From: Heterodontus francisci
Lineage: Eukaryota
Length of the DNA stretch: 64,000 nt
Direction of reading: 5' to 3'
Assembly: GCF_036365525.1 (NCBI RefSeq)
Contig: NW_027142325.1
Coordinates: 62,001 to 126,000 of the forward strand
The position numbers were made by a program, and so were the translations under genes. The notes under the pieces are model-generated. The model had not been told where the DNA came from. It made no database searches and saw nothing but the letters and a program-made list of their open reading frames with translations. Shown in pieces: positions 1 through 13,600 of this stretch. The first letter of the stretch is position 1. Each line of letters begins with the position of its first letter.

Positions 1-2985
1 CTAATGTCTGACTTGCCTCCTCTTTCAACAATGCTTAGGTTGCATCTTCGTCCTTGGTAATGACAGATGCAAATTTAATACCTCAGCTATGCCCTTTAAC
101 TCCATGTGTAAATCCCCTTTCTGGTCCCTAATAGTCCCCACTCCTCCTTTTACCACCCTTTTACTATTTATATTCCTATAGAAAACTTTGGGATTCCCTT
201 TAATGCTAGTTGCCAGTCTCTTTTCATGCTCTCTCTTTGCTTCTCTTATTTGATTTTTCACTTCCCCACTGGACATTTTATATTTAGCCTGGTTCTCAAT
301 AGTATTTTCTACCTGGCATCTGTCACAAGCACACTTTTTCTTCTTTATATTAATCTTTACCTCTTTTGTCATCCAGGGAGCTCTGGATTTGTTTGCCCTA
401 CTTTTCCCCATTGTCATCGACCGGTTTTCCTGCCAGCTTTTAACTCTAATTTATTCGCCCAACTCCATTCTTCTCCCATTGAAGTTGATTATTCTTACTC
501 TGGATTGCTCTTTGTCCTTTTCCATAGTCAGCCTAAACCTTATGATCCAATGATCACTATCCCCTAAATGCTCTCCTACTGATACTTGATCCAATCGGCC
601 CACCTCATTCCCAAGAACCAGGTCTAGCAGTGCCTCCTTTCTTGTTGGACTAGCAACATACTGTTGTAAAACATTTTCGTGAACACACTCTAGGAACTCT
701 TGCCCGTCACTGACCTTTACACTCCTATTATCCCAGTCTATGTTTGGATAATTAAAGACCCCCATTATAACTACCCGATAATTTTTGCAGCTCACTGGAA
801 TTTTCTTGCAAATTTGTTCCTCCACGTCCTTCCCACTAGCTGGTGGCCTGTAGATAACACTGAGCAATGTAACTGTATCTTTTTTCTTCCTTAGCTCTAG
901 CCAAATTGATTTTGTCCTCGACCCCTCTGGGACATCCTTTTTCTCCAGCACTGCAACAGTTTCCTTCAACAATACCGCCACTCCTCCCCCTTTTTCCCTT
1001 TCTTACCTTTCCTGAACACCTTGTATCCAGGAATATTCAACACCCAGTCCAGCCCTTCTTTGAGCCTGGTCTCTGTTCAAGCCTCAACATCACATTTCCA
1101 CAAGGCAATCTGCACCTGTACCTCACTGGTCTTATTACCCACAGTCCATGCATTCACATACATGCACATTAACCCTGATTCAGACTTTATTACTTTCTCC
1201 CTTACGCTGACCCCACCTAATAATTTACTATTCCCGACTCCGAGTCGTGGATAGTGATGAGGATTGTCAGAGGATACAGCAGGATAGAGATCGGTTGGAG
1301 ACTTGGGCGGAGAAATGGCAGATGGAGTTTAATCCGGACAAATGTGAGGTAATGCATTTTGGAAGATCTGATACAGGTGGGAAGTATACAGTAAATGGCA
1401 GAACCCTCAGGAGTATTGACAGGCAAAGAGATCTGGGCGTACAGGTCCACAGATCACTGAAAGTAGCAACGCAGGTGGATAAGGTAATCAAGAAGGCATA
1501 CGGCATGCTTGCTTTCATCGGTCGGGGCATAGAGTATAAAAATTGGCAAGTCATGCTGCAGCTGTACAGAACCTTAGTTAGGCCACACTAGGAATATTGC
1601 GTACAATTCTGGTCACCACACTACCAGAAGGAAGTGGAGGCTTTGGAGATGGTACAGAAGAGGTTTACCAGGATGTTGCCTGGTCTGGAGGGCATTAGCT
1701 ATGAGGAGAGGCTGGATAAACACGGATTGTTTTCACTGGAATGACGGAGGTGGAGGGGCGACATGATAGAGGTTTACAAAGTTATGAGTGGCATGGACAG
1801 AGTGGATAGTCAGAAGCATTTTCCCAGGGTGGAAGAGTCAGTTACTAGGGGACATAGGTTTAAGGTGCGAGGTGCAAAGTTTAGAGGGAATGTGCGAGGC
1901 AAGTTCTTTACACAGAGGGTGGTGAGTGCCTGGAACTTGCTGCCAGGGGAGGTGGTGGAAGCAGATACGATAGCGACGTTTAAGAGGCGTCTTGACAAAT
2001 GCATAAATAGGATAGGAATAGAGGGATACGGTCCCCGGAAGAGCAGAAGGTTTTAGTTTAGGCAGGCATCAAGATCAGCGCAGGCTTGGAGGGCCGAATG
2101 GCCTGTTCCTGTGCTGTACTGTTCTTTGTTTTTTGCACTCTTGTTCTATCTATCTCCCCCAGTATTCTGTGCTCCTTGGTTTTCCTCTCTGATACTTGCT
2201 CCTGGTTCACACACCCCTGACAAGTTACCAGTTTTGCTTCCCTGCAATCTGAGCTCCCTCTCAGGTTCCCACCCCCTGACAATTTAGTTTAAACCTTCCC
2301 CCAACAGCACTGGCAAATCTCCCTGCAAGGATATTCGTCCGTCTTGCTCAGATGCAACCCGTCCATCTTGTACAGTTCCCACCTGCCCCAGAACAGGTCC
2401 CAATGCCTCAGAAATCTGATGCGTTCCCTTCTACACCAGTTCTTCAGCCACATGTTCAATTGCTCAATTCTACTATTCCTCTGCTCACTTGCATATGGGA
2501 CTGGGAGTAATCCTGAGATTACTGCTTTTGAGGTCCTGCTTTTTAGTCTCCTTCCTAGCTCCCTAAAATCTGCTTTCAGGACCTCATCCCCCTTCTTAAC
2601 TATGTCATTGGTACCAATGTGGACCACGGCCTCTGGCTGTTCACCCTCCCCCAGAAGAATGTCCTGCAGCCGCTCCGTGACATCCTTGACCCTAACACCA
2701 GGGGAGGCAACACACCACCCTGGAGTCATGTTTACTGCCATAGAAACGCCTCTCTGTTCCCCTAACTAATGAATCCCCTATCACTACTGCTCTTCCACTC
2801 TTCGTCCCCCCATTCTATGCAGCTGAGCCACCTGTGATGCCACAAACTTGGATCTGACTGCCACTCCTCTGAGGAATCATCACCCTCACTAGTATCCAAA
2901 ATGGAAAACCGATTAGCGAGTGAGATCATATCAGGGGACTCCTGCACTACCTGCCTGGTTCTCTTAGATTGCCTGGCGGTCACTC
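1..2985 (-). mobile_element. Degenerate CR1/HER1 LINE (ORF1 SGNH-esterase ~2289-2985; ORF2 APE endonuclease region 1-1175), interrupted by a younger CR1 at ~1241-2130
   Basis: Minus-strand ORFs read VVHIGTND..VISGLLP..DGLHL (esterase) and SIWLEL..IYRPP..LLDLVL..SDH (APE); many frameshifts. Confidence 0.9.
1241..2130 (+). mobile_element. 5'-truncated CR1 LINE (RT C-terminus and 3' UTR)
   Basis: [41 protein letters not shown] motifs; CR1 3' tail ggccgaatggcctgttcctgtgctgt. Confidence 0.92.
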
Positions 2986-2989
2986 ATTC

Positions 2990-5396
2990 TTTGGGGTATG
3001 GGGTTACTCTCCCTTTGGACACAATATCCTGATAACATTCAGGGATCTCGTTACATTTTCCTGTACCCAGAGCAGACTGTTTCCTGGGACTTACTGCTGT
3101 TGCAATTAAAGCCACAGCCTGCTCTGCTGTGCTTTCCATCAGGGTCCCTTTTCCAGCACTGGGCAGGTGTGCCCTGATTAACCTTATAGGCTTTCCCCTA
3201 AGCTGCAACTGGACTCGCTCTGTGCACTTTTTGTTCCTCCACATGGGTCTTTATAGAAAGAGGGAGAGAGTTTTTCAATTCCTCAAGTAGAATCAACTCT
3301 CTGAGGTTTTCATACGTGGGCTGCACTTTAAGGGCCCTTAACCACTGGCCAAAAAACAGCTCCTTACTGCTTTCAAACTCGAGGTAAGTTTGATCAGCTT
3401 GTTACCGGAGGGTTCGGAATTTCTGGCAGTACGCTTCTGGTACTAGCTCATATGCCCCAATGATAGCATTTTTAGTCAATTCATAATTTAATGAACCAGC
3501 AACAGTGAATAAACCTTTTCCTGTTAGCTTGCTTTGTCGCTGGAGGATCCAGCTCTTTGCCGGCCATTTCAACTGTCTCGCAAGCTTTTCAAAAGTTACA
3601 AAAATGCTTCCACATCCCCCTCATTGAAACTTGGGATCAATTGGGAGAACTTTATGAGCTCAGCACATGGTCCTGAGTTAAGTGCAGTCTCCATATTGGC
3701 CATGCTTTCACTGGCCCCACACTGCCCCACCCCACCCCACCCCCAGCTAATTCAAGCCGCCGTAACTCCCTATCTTGCTGCTCCTTCTGGAAAATTCTCT
3801 CTCTTTCTTCCTGTCTTCCAATTCATGTTTCCTTTGTTCGAATTGTGTCCTAGCTAACATTACCTTGTCTGAGTCTGACTCCAACCCTGTCTCCGAATCT
3901 TCAGGTTCGAGTGAAAAATGGTTGGCCACAAGTCTTAGGATGTCGGATTTCTTACCTCTTGCACGGAAAGTAATCCCAAACTGCCCAGCCACATTTTTCA
4001 ACTTTTCCACTTATAGGGCCTTTATCTTATCCCAAGTTACTTCATCCTGGCTTGGGAAAGTACTGGCCTCGGATGCGGAGATGTTAGTATTCTAGCAACA
4101 CAAACCACAAGAAAACCTGTATTGATTTTTTTTTTGTTGGGATCAATTTGGTTTCTCACTTCCAATTTCTCGTTTGTCTGTGTACAATGCCAGACTAGAG
4201 CCCCCAAATTTCTGTTACGACCAGGTGAGGAAGGGGTCTCAGACTCCCCTTTTGCCCCTTCTCTGGGTTGACCACAGCAGGGTTTATCTTTTTTAACAGA
4301 GATTTAACTTACCACCTCAGTGAGCGCTTACTCCTGTTCCTCTAATATATTTGCAAATGAACCAATCAGACAGGTTTTCTTTCTTGAGTTTAAACAAGAA
4401 AGATGTAAGTTTATTAACCTTATCACTCTAAACCGGTTAAAATTACTAAAATACGCTATGCATCCATACCCACATTCACACAANNNNNNNNNNNNNNNNN
4501 NNNNNNNNNNNNNNNNNNNNNNNNNNNNNNNNNNNNNNNNNNNNNNNNNNNNNNNNNNNNNNNNNNNNNNNNNNNNNNNNNNNNNNNNNNNNNNNNNNNN
4601 NNNNNNNNNNNNNNNNNNNNNNNNNNNNNNNNNNNNNNNNNGCAGAGTTGGGAGGTTGGAATCGAGTCCTTTATAAATGGAATGTAAATACTGAGTCTCA
4701 GTCCCAGAGTTTTTAGTTGAAATTGCAGTCCTGAAGATCTCGCTGGGCCATGTGCACGGGTCAGGCTGGTTACTCAGGTTCTGGAAGGCAGGAGAGAGAC
4801 TTTATCCTTGTCCCCCGGTTGCTGACTGTAAGGATCTGTAGACTTGTCTTCCACCAGACGCAGATTGAGGCTTCTCAGGATCTCTACTAGAGAGAGAGAG
4901 AGAGAGAGACAGAGACAGAGATGCTGTTCCCTTGCTGGATCCCAGTGACTGTCTGACTTCTGAGTCACCAATCACAAATCTCTTGAGTGGGCCAAGCAGT
5001 CATGTGATGTGACCACCACTTTATGTCTGAATCAGCATCTTCCGGAATGATCTTTGAAATTCAGGGCTCTCCTCCTAGCTGTTCAGACATACTTGGCAGG
5101 GGAGATTTGACTCTTTCAATGTCAATGGGTGTCGATGGCTTTTGATGACCCCTCATTGATAAGGTCATCCCAGATAAGTGAATCAGAGAGCACCCCATTG
5201 TTCTGACTAGCTGAGTAATCATATCTGTCTCCAGACTGATTCTTTGGTATTTCATATGCAAATTGTGCTTGGCCATCTGGGCTGCTAGCTGTTCAGTTTT
5301 TAAAAGTTATTTGTAACAATGTCCAGTACAAGTCTCAGGCCAAGTTCCATGCGATAAAACTAATATTTCCATTTGGCATGTGGGATTTCCATCACA
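2990..5396 (-). mobile_element. Gypsy-type LTR element remnant: LTR 4213-5396, tRNA-Pro-like PBS ~4190-4207, degenerate SCAN-type gag ~2990-4085
   Basis: TG..CA ends on minus strand; tgggggctctagtctgg follows the LTR; gag peptides (LRLVANHFSLE, MESTAEQAVAL) match the element at 53736-57035. Confidence 0.8.
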
Positions 5397-5984
5397 GGGT
5401 TTTCAAATCTTCAATACTTAATCAATTTAACTTATCATGTGACATGTCTCCTGCTCTTCTGCATGAAATGCGTCCTTTTGTTTCTCGCACCCGAGAAAAG
5501 AAATGAATGATATGAGAAAACCTGTTTGTTCAATTTTCACAGTTTTAGAGATCCATTTTCCTCCCATTTCCAAATATTTTATTTAAGCAGTTCAGAATCC
5601 CAGCTTTGAGCCCCCATTTTGGTATGGACAGGTGGTAACTTGTGTGGGTGGCTTCCAATTTTCACCTCCCAACTGATTGCGATTGTGTTTTGTTAAAAAT
5701 GGTGCATTTTTAGGGCCAAATAAACTGACAAACGATAGTTTTCTTGTAGGTTAAAAAAACACCTATTTTCTTTGGAACAATTCCTGAAATGGTCGCAACC
5801 TTCACCCACTCGCACATTCACACATACACAAGAATAGATAGAGAGAAAAAGGTCGGATGCATTTAAAGTCCAAGGTAATATAAAACTTTGTGGATTACAG
5901 AATGCTGTTGAATCATCTGGGGAGAAAAGTCTTCTTTTAAAGGTACAGGCCTGGTTGTCTGCTTGCTCTTTATTTATTTATTTA

Positions 5985-6284
5985 GAGATACAGCACTGAA
6001 ACAGGCCCTTCGACCCACCGAGTCTGTGCTGACCGACAACCACCCATTTTATACTAATCCTACATTATCCCCATATTCCCTACCACATCCCCACCATTCT
6101 CCTACCACCTACCTACACTAGGGGCAATTTACCTATCAACCTGCAAGTCTTTGGCTGCGAGAGGAAACCGGAGCACCCGGCGGAAACCCACAGGGAGAAC
6201 TTGCAAACTCCGCACAGGCAGTACCCAGAACTGAACCTGGGTCGCTGGAGCTGTGAGGCTGCGGTGCTAACCACTGCACCACCC
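5985..6284 (-). mobile_element. HE1/V-SINE-like tRNA-derived SINE
   Basis: Minus strand reads gcagtggttagcaccgcagcctcacagctccag..gggtgctccggtttcctc, then a CR1-like tail; further copies near 34572, 38375, 49950 and 54866. Confidence 0.88.
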
Positions 6285-6294
6285 TAAATGAACT

Positions 6295-6428
6295 TAATTC
6301 AATTAATTAATTAATTGAATTTAAATTCCACCAGCTGCCATGTTGGGATTTGAACCCATGTCCCCAGGACATTAGCCTGGACCTCTGGATTGCTAGTCCA
6401 GTGACATTACCACTACGCCACCATCTCT
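6295..6428 (-). mobile_element. tRNA-derived SINE head, same family as 9950-10322
   Basis: A-box tggcgtagtgg and B-box ggttcaaatcc on minus strand. Confidence 0.75.
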
Positions 6429-7139
6429 CCATTTTTTCTCTCCATCTTGCTGAGGTGTTGTACAGTTCTATTGGTTAAAACTCAGCCCAAGGTTGGTGGT
6501 GTGAATTTGGTTTACCTTCACAGATGGAGAGTCTTAAAGTCACTTTGTAATTTCTCTGCTGTAATGGTTGTTCAGTTCTTGCTCAGCAGGGTTCTGCTTA
6601 GCTGGATCTCTCTCTCAGCCTCTGGCTGGAAACTGGCTTTCGGTGGTCTTGTCTGGATCTTCCTCTCTCTCCAGAGGGCTACCAATTAAGGTCAAAATCC
6701 ATCACATTTGACTTTCTGTTAGGTGGTGCATGGCCCTGTTCCCTGGTGTGAGCACACAATGGACCAGGATGTAGAAACCATGGCTATCTATTGACGTCTG
6801 AATGGGAATCATTCTGTTATAATGATGCTACTTAACTCATTCATTTTGGTTTGGGCTGTGAGTCAGTCTGTCTTCTGAACCTTTTGTTAGTTCATGCAGG
6901 TAGATAGGAGTCATCAATATGCAATGGGTTCTCCCAGAGCTATTTCAGATGAAGTTAACAAGTTTAACCCTCCACAGACGGAACTGTGTATTGTCAACAC
7001 AAGAGGGGGTTCACGTGATCACTACTCCATATTGTCTGTGCAATAATTGTCCTTGTTCTTGTGGTTCAGTGTAAAAGTTGACTTTTTATTTTCATAATTC
7101 CTCCAATTCATTGTTTATTTCAACACAGCTCCTTCCAAG

Positions 7140-7500
7140 CATGTGAGGAGAGACTGAAGAAGCTGGCATTGTCCCCTTAGAGCAGAGAAGGTTGAGGGAG
7201 ATTTAGTCGAGGGGTTTAAAAACATTGAGGAGTTTTGATAGCGTAAATCATGAGAAACTGTTTCCATTGGCAGGAGGGTGATATTTTCTTACAGAGTGAG
7301 TTCAGATGATCTGGAATGCAGTGACTGAAAGGCTGGTGGAAACAGATTCAATACCAACCATCAAAAGGGAATTGGATAAATACTTGAAGGGTAAATATTG
7401 CAGAACCATGGAGAAAGAGTAAAGGTGTGGGACGAATTAGATATCTCTCTCAAAGAACCAGCACAGGCATGATGGGGGAATGGCCTCCTGTGCTGTTTGA
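7140..7500 (+). mobile_element. Old CR1 3' fragment
   Basis: gaggagagactg..ttagagcagagaaggttgaggggagat..tggaatgca..aatggcctcctgtgctgt. Confidence 0.7.
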
Positions 7501-7522
7501 TTTTATTTATAAAATAATGGAT

Positions 7523-8665
7523 AGCTGGAAGTGAATTACAGCCTAGAATCTAATCGAGAGTTCTGGGGATTGAAAATCCTGTCCTGTTACACTGACAGTG
7601 GGATATTGCTCATCAGACACAGCGCTCTCTGATGACCTCAGGATTTAATACAGGATCAGCTCATTTACATACGGAACAACAAATAATATAATGGAGGTGT
7701 TTTAGATGATGGAAGTATTTAACAATTTCCTCTGGTGGGGGAATTACAGAACAAGGGAGCATAACCTTAGATTTATAGTTAGGCTGTTCAAGGGTTATGT
7801 CAGTAAGAACTTCACACAAAGGGTGACGAGACATTTCCTGCGACACTTGCTGAGACATTTGTTAATAAGACCTGCCTGTTTGAAGTCTGTGCCATGAAAT
7901 TTATTCATGTAGTGTTGCCTCTTGTGGTGCTCTGCAGGCTGCCCTTGCTTCCCGGAGACAGGCAGTCCCACAGGTCACTACCTGTGTGACCCCATGCCCC
8001 GTTCTTCATTGATATGTGCGCAAGCAGCAGCATCCCCTGCCAGGGCCTGAACACGTTGAATTGGCACCATCCTGAAGACAACTGGCTGATGTAACGTCAG
8101 GATTCCAAATTTGAACAGCCCAGATCCTGGTAACGCTGAATTGTCCACTCCTGAGCAAAGAAGCAAGATGGACTCTACAGCAGCTCCCCTGCTCTGCTTC
8201 AAGTAGTGCAGTGGGATCTTTTACATCCACCTGAGAGCAGACAGGGCCTCGAGTTAACGTCTCACCCGAAAGACAGGACCTCCAACAGTGTAGCACTGCC
8301 TGAGTACTGGACTGGAGTGATTTTGTGCTGAAGCCTCTGGAATGGGCATTGAACAGACAGCTTTCTGATTGCAAAGTGAGAGTGCTACACACTAAGCCAC
8401 AGCTCTCACTATAAAGGGTTAGCATAACTTCCCTGCTTTTGTAATCTATGTCACTATTTATAAAGCCCAGGATCCCATATAATTTTTAAAGACCATTATC
8501 CACTTCTCCTGCCACTAAGACAGATTTTTATATAGAAATGCCCAAGTCTCTTGTCCGAGCTGGAAGTGAATTACAGCCTAGAATCTAATCGAGAGTTTTG
8601 GGGACTGAAAATCCTGTCCTGTTGCACTGACAGTGGGACATTGCTGTTCAGACACAGCGCTCTCT
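7523..8665 (+). repeat. 108-bp dispersed direct repeat (7523-7630 and 8558-8665) containing a diverged, inverted monomer of the 69-bp satellite
   Basis: agctggaagtgaattacagcctagaatctaatcgagag..cacagcgctctct occurs twice with few mismatches. Confidence 0.85.
8190..8410 (-). mobile_element. Deu-domain SINE (SacSINE1-like)
   Basis: Minus strand: tRNA-like head, then ggatgtaaaagatcccactgcactacttgaagcagagcagggg (Deu core). Confidence 0.75.
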
Positions 8666-9490
8666 ACAGCCTCTTTAAAATTGTATTTTTTGTTATATTG
8701 CCTCTCCTCATTCTTCCTTCCAAAATGCATTATTGCACACTTCTCGGAATTAAATTTCATCTGCCATGTGTCTACCCATTTTACCAGTCTGTTTATGTCC
8801 TCCTGAATTCTTTACCATTCCCCTCATTTCTTTGTTTCGTGTCATCTGCAAACTTTGAAATTATGCCTTGTATACCAAAGTCCAGGTTATTACTTCATCA
8901 AAGAACTCAATCAAGTTGTCAGAAATTATTTGCCTTTAACAGATCTGTGCTGGCTGACATTTGTTAACCCATATTTTTCTAAGTGACAACTAGTTTTGTC
9001 TTAGATTATTGTCTGGAATAGTTTCTCCCCCACCCCACAGCCCCCAATCTACCCACTGACATTAGGCTGACTGGCCTGTAGTTATTAGGTTTATCCCTCT
9101 CCTCCTTTTTGAACAGGGGTGTAACATTTACAACCTGCCAGCCCTCTGGCATCACTCCCATATTGAAAGAGGATTGGACGATTGTAGCCACAGCTTCTGC
9201 TATTTCCATCCTTATCCCTCAGGAATCTAGGATGCTTCCCACATCTGGTCTGGGTGACTTTCCTACTTTGGACACTGCTAACCTTTCAAGTACTTCCTCT
9301 TTATCTCGTTTCTCCGAGTCAATTTCTCTACTACCTCCTCCATTACTGTGACACCGGCAGCTTCCTCCTATTTTGGGGAGAAATGTTCATTCAGTACCTC
9401 AGCCATGCCCTCTGCCTCCACACCATTTATTTTCTGGTCCCTAATCACCAGAACCTTTCCGCTGACTATCCATCTACTATGTTTAGAAAG
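8420..9490 (-). mobile_element. Degenerate CR1 ORF2 fragments
   Basis: MKFNSEKCAIMHFG and VTPLFKK..NYRPVSL on minus strand. Confidence 0.8.
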
Positions 9491-9529
9491 GACTTTAGTG
9501 TTCCAGATGTTTATGCTTGTTGGAGGCCA

Positions 9530-10322
9530 ATCATCTCAGGCCCAGATGCAGGAGATCCTCAGAGTAGTGTACCAGGTCCAACCATCTTCAGCTGCTTCAT
9601 CAATGACCTTCTCTCCATCATAAGCTCTGAAGTGGGGATGATCCCTGATGATTGTGCAATGTTCAGCACCTTTTGTGACTCCTCAGAATCTGAAGCAGTT
9701 CAAGCCTGCATGTAGCAAGACATGGACAACATTCAGGCTTGGGCTGATAAGTGGAAAGTAACATTCGCACCACAGAATTGCCAGGCAATGACCATCTCCA
9801 ACAAGAGAGAATCTAACCATCAGCCCTTGACATTCTACAGCATTACCATCGTTGAATACTCCACCATCAACATCCTGGAGGGATTCAGAAGAAACTTAAC
9901 TGGACCAGCCATATAAATACTATGGCTACAAGAATAGATCAGAGATTGAGGGTGACAGTGGTTCAGTGGTGCTGTCACTGATGTAATAATCTAGAAGCCC
10001 AGGCTAATTCCCCTGGGGCATGTGTTCAAATCCCACCATAGCAGCTGGTGGAATTTAATTTCAAATAATTGAAAAGAATCTCAAAATAATTGCCACTTTC
10101 AAGAATGGTGCCATAAAACTATTATCACTTGCCATTAACAAAAACATTTGGTTCACTAATGTCCTTGTCTGGCCTATAGGTGACTGCAAACCCACAGCAA
10201 TGTGGTTGACTCTGAACTGCCCTCTGAAATAGCCCAGCAAGTCACTCAATTGTCTGGGGCAATTAGGGATGGGGAACAAATGCTGGCCTTGCCAGTGATG
10301 CCCACAGGAATTTAAAAAAAAC
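9530..10322 (+). mobile_element. RT fragment of a second LINE family (CR1/L2 superclade), followed by a SINE sharing its 3' tail
   Basis: GPTIFSCFINDL, DNIQAWADKW; tail caattagggatgg..aaatgctggcc also seen at ~32960. Confidence 0.75.
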
Positions 10323-10324
10323 TT

Positions 10325-10620
10325 TATGTTACCCACTTATATTTTCTCATACATTCTCTTTGTCTTCTTTCCTTTTTCAGGTCTCCCAAACACTTTCAGT
10401 ACTGACTCTCTATGTATAATGAATCAGACATTGATCATAAACCTTCTTTTCCTGTCCCATTTTAAACTCAATATCTTTATTCATCCAAGAAGCTGTAGTA
10501 TTGGATGTTCTTCTTCCTTTCGCCATCCTAGGAATGTTTTTAGCCTGTACCTGAAATATCTCCTCATTAAAGGCCCCCATTGCTCACATTCTGTTTCACC
10601 TGTCTATCTTGGTTTTGAAC
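10325..10620 (-). mobile_element. Degenerate CR1 ORF2 fragment
   Basis: Minus strand translates as EQWGAFNEEIFQVQAKNIP..ASWMNKDI. Confidence 0.65.
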
Positions 10621-10628
10621 CCATCAAC

Positions 10629-13600
10629 TATAAACCATCTGAACCCGTCTGTTATATTCCAGCCTGTAACTCACTGTTATTTATCCATTATTTAATGTAT
10701 AAACTACCCAAACCCCTCTGTTATATTCCAGCTTGTAACTCACTGTTATTTATCCATTATTCTATGTATAAACTACCCAAACCCCTCTGTTATATTCCAG
10801 CCTGTAACTCACTGTTATTTATCCATTATTCTATGTATAAACTACCCAAACCCCTCTGTTATATTCCAGCCTGTAACTCACTGTTATTTATCCATTATTT
10901 AATGTATAAACTACCCAAATCCCTCTGTTATATTCCAGCTTGTAACTCACTGTTATTTATCCATTATTCTATGTATAAACTACCCAAACCCCTCTGTTAT
11001 ATTCCAGCCTGTAACTCACTGTTATTTATCCATTATTCTATGTATAAACTACCCAAACCCCTCTGTTATATTCCAGCTTGTAACTCACTGTTATTTATCC
11101 ATTATTCTATGTATAAACTACCCAAACCCCTCTGTTATATTCCAGCCTGTAACTCACTGTTATTTATCCATTATTCTATGTATAAACTACCCAAACCCCT
11201 CTGTTATATTCCAGCTTGTAACTCACTGTTATTTATCCATTATTTAATGTATAAACTACCCAAACCCCTCTGTTATATTCCAGCCTGTAACTCACTGTTA
11301 TTTATCCATTATTCTATGTATAAACTACCCAAACCCCTCTGTTATATTCCAGCCTGTAACTCACTGTTATTTATCCATTATTTAATGTATAAACTACCCA
11401 AACCCCTCTGTTATATTCCAGCCTGTAACTCACTGTTATTTATCCATTATTTAATGTATAAACTACCCAAACCCCTCTGTTATATTCCAGCCTGTAACTC
11501 ACTGTTATTTATCCATTATTCTATGTATAAACTACCCAAATCCCTCTGTTATATTCCAGCCTGTAACTCACTGTTATTTATCCATTATTTAATGTATAAA
11601 CTACCCAAACCCCTCTGTTATATTCCAGCCTGTAACTCACTGTTATTTATCCATTATTCTATGTATAAACTACCCAAATCCCTCTGTTATATTCCAGCCT
11701 GTAACTCACTGTTATTTATCCATTATTTAATGTATAAACTACCCAAACCCCTCTGTTATATTCCAGCCTGTAACTCACCGTTATTTATCCATTATTCTAT
11801 AAATTACCCAAATCCCTCTGTTATATTCCGGCCTGTAACTCACTGTTATTTATCCATTATTCTATGTATAAACTACCCAAATCCCTCTGTTATATTCCAG
11901 CCTGTAACTCACTGTTATTTATCCATTATTTAATGTATAAACTACCCAAACCCCTCTGTTATATTCCAGCCTGTAACTCACTGTTATTTATCCATTATTC
12001 TATGTATAAACTACCCAAATCCCTCTGTTATATTCCAGCCTGTAACTCACTGTTATTTATCCATTATTTAATGTATAAACTACCCAAACCCCTCTGTTAT
12101 ATTCCAGCCTGTAACTCACCGTTATTTATCCATTATTCTATAAATTACCCAAATCCCTCTGTTATATTCCGGCCTGTAACTCACTGTTATTTATCCATTA
12201 TTCTATGTATAAACTACCCAAATCCCTCTGTTATATTCCAGCCTGTAACTCACTGTTATTTATCCATTATTTAATGTATAAACTACCCAAACCCCTCTGT
12301 TATATTCCAGCCTGTAACTCACTGTTATTTATCCATTATTCTATGTATAAACTACCCAAATCCCTCTGTTATATTCCAGCCTGTAACTCACTGTTATTTA
12401 TCCATTATTTAATGTATAAACTACCCAAACCCCTCTGTTATATTCCAGCCTGTAACTCACCGTTATTTATCCATTATTCTATAAATTACCCAAATCCCTC
12501 TGTTATATTCCGGCCTGTAACTCACTGTTATTTATCCATTATTCTATGTATAAACTACCCAAATCCCTCTGTTATATTCCAGCCTGTAACTCACTGTTAT
12601 TTATCCATTATTCTATGTATAAACTACCCAAACCCCTCTGTTATATTCCAGCCTGTAACTCACTGTTATTTATCCATTATTCTATGTATAAACTACCCAA
12701 ATCCCTCTGTTATATTCCAGCCTGTAACTCACTGTTATTTATCCATTATTCTATGTATAAACTACCCAAACCCCTCTGTCATATTCCAGCCTGTAACTCA
12801 CTGTTATTTATCCATTATTTAATGTATAAACTACCCAAACCCCTCTGTTATATTCCAGCCTGTAACTCACTGTTATTTATCCATTATTCTATGTATAAAC
12901 TACCCAAATCCCTCTGTTATATTCCAGCCTGTAACTCACTGTTATTTATCCATTATTTAATGTATAAACTACCCAAACCCCTCTGTTATATTCCAGCCTG
13001 TAACTCACTGTTATTTATCCATTATTCTATGTATAAACTACCCAAATCCCTCTGTTATATTCCAGCCTGTAACTCACTGTTATTTATCCATTATTTAATG
13101 TATAAACTACCCAAACCCCTCTGTTATATTCCAGCCTGTAACTCACTGTTATTTATCCATTATTCTATGTATAAACTACCCAAATCCCTCTGTTATATTC
13201 CAGCCTGTAACTCACTGTTATTTATCCATTATTTAATGTATAAACTACCCAAACCCCTCTGTTATATTCCAGCCTGTAACTCACTGTTATTTATCCATTA
13301 TTCTATGTATAAACTACCCAAATCCCTCTGTTATATTCCAGCCTGTAACTCACTGTTATTTATCCATTATTTAATGTATAAACTACCCAAACCCCTCTGT
13401 TATATTCCAGCCTGTAACTCACTGTTATTTATCCATTATTCTATGTATAAACTACCCAAATCCCTCTGTTATATTCCAGCCTGTAACTCACTGTTATTTA
13501 TCCATTATTTAATGTATAAACTACCCAAACCCCTCTGTTATATTCCAGCCTGTAACTCACTGTTATTTATCCATTATTCTATGTATAAACTACCCAAATC

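Larger units (their letters stand above)
5684..7126 (-). mobile_element. Probable solo LTR, interrupted by two SINEs
   Basis: tgt..aca termini; internal wording resembles the LTR at 4213-5396; no coding capacity. Confidence 0.4.

Noticed and set aside
9955-10040. tRNA genes suggested by A and B boxes here and in other SINE heads
   Set aside because: They continue into SINE bodies and LINE-derived tails, and no intact cloverleaf is evident
10381-10398. Strong-looking splice acceptor and possible micro-exon before the satellite
   Set aside because: Lies in an antisense CR1 remnant whose A-rich strand creates the pyrimidine tract; the donor is weak
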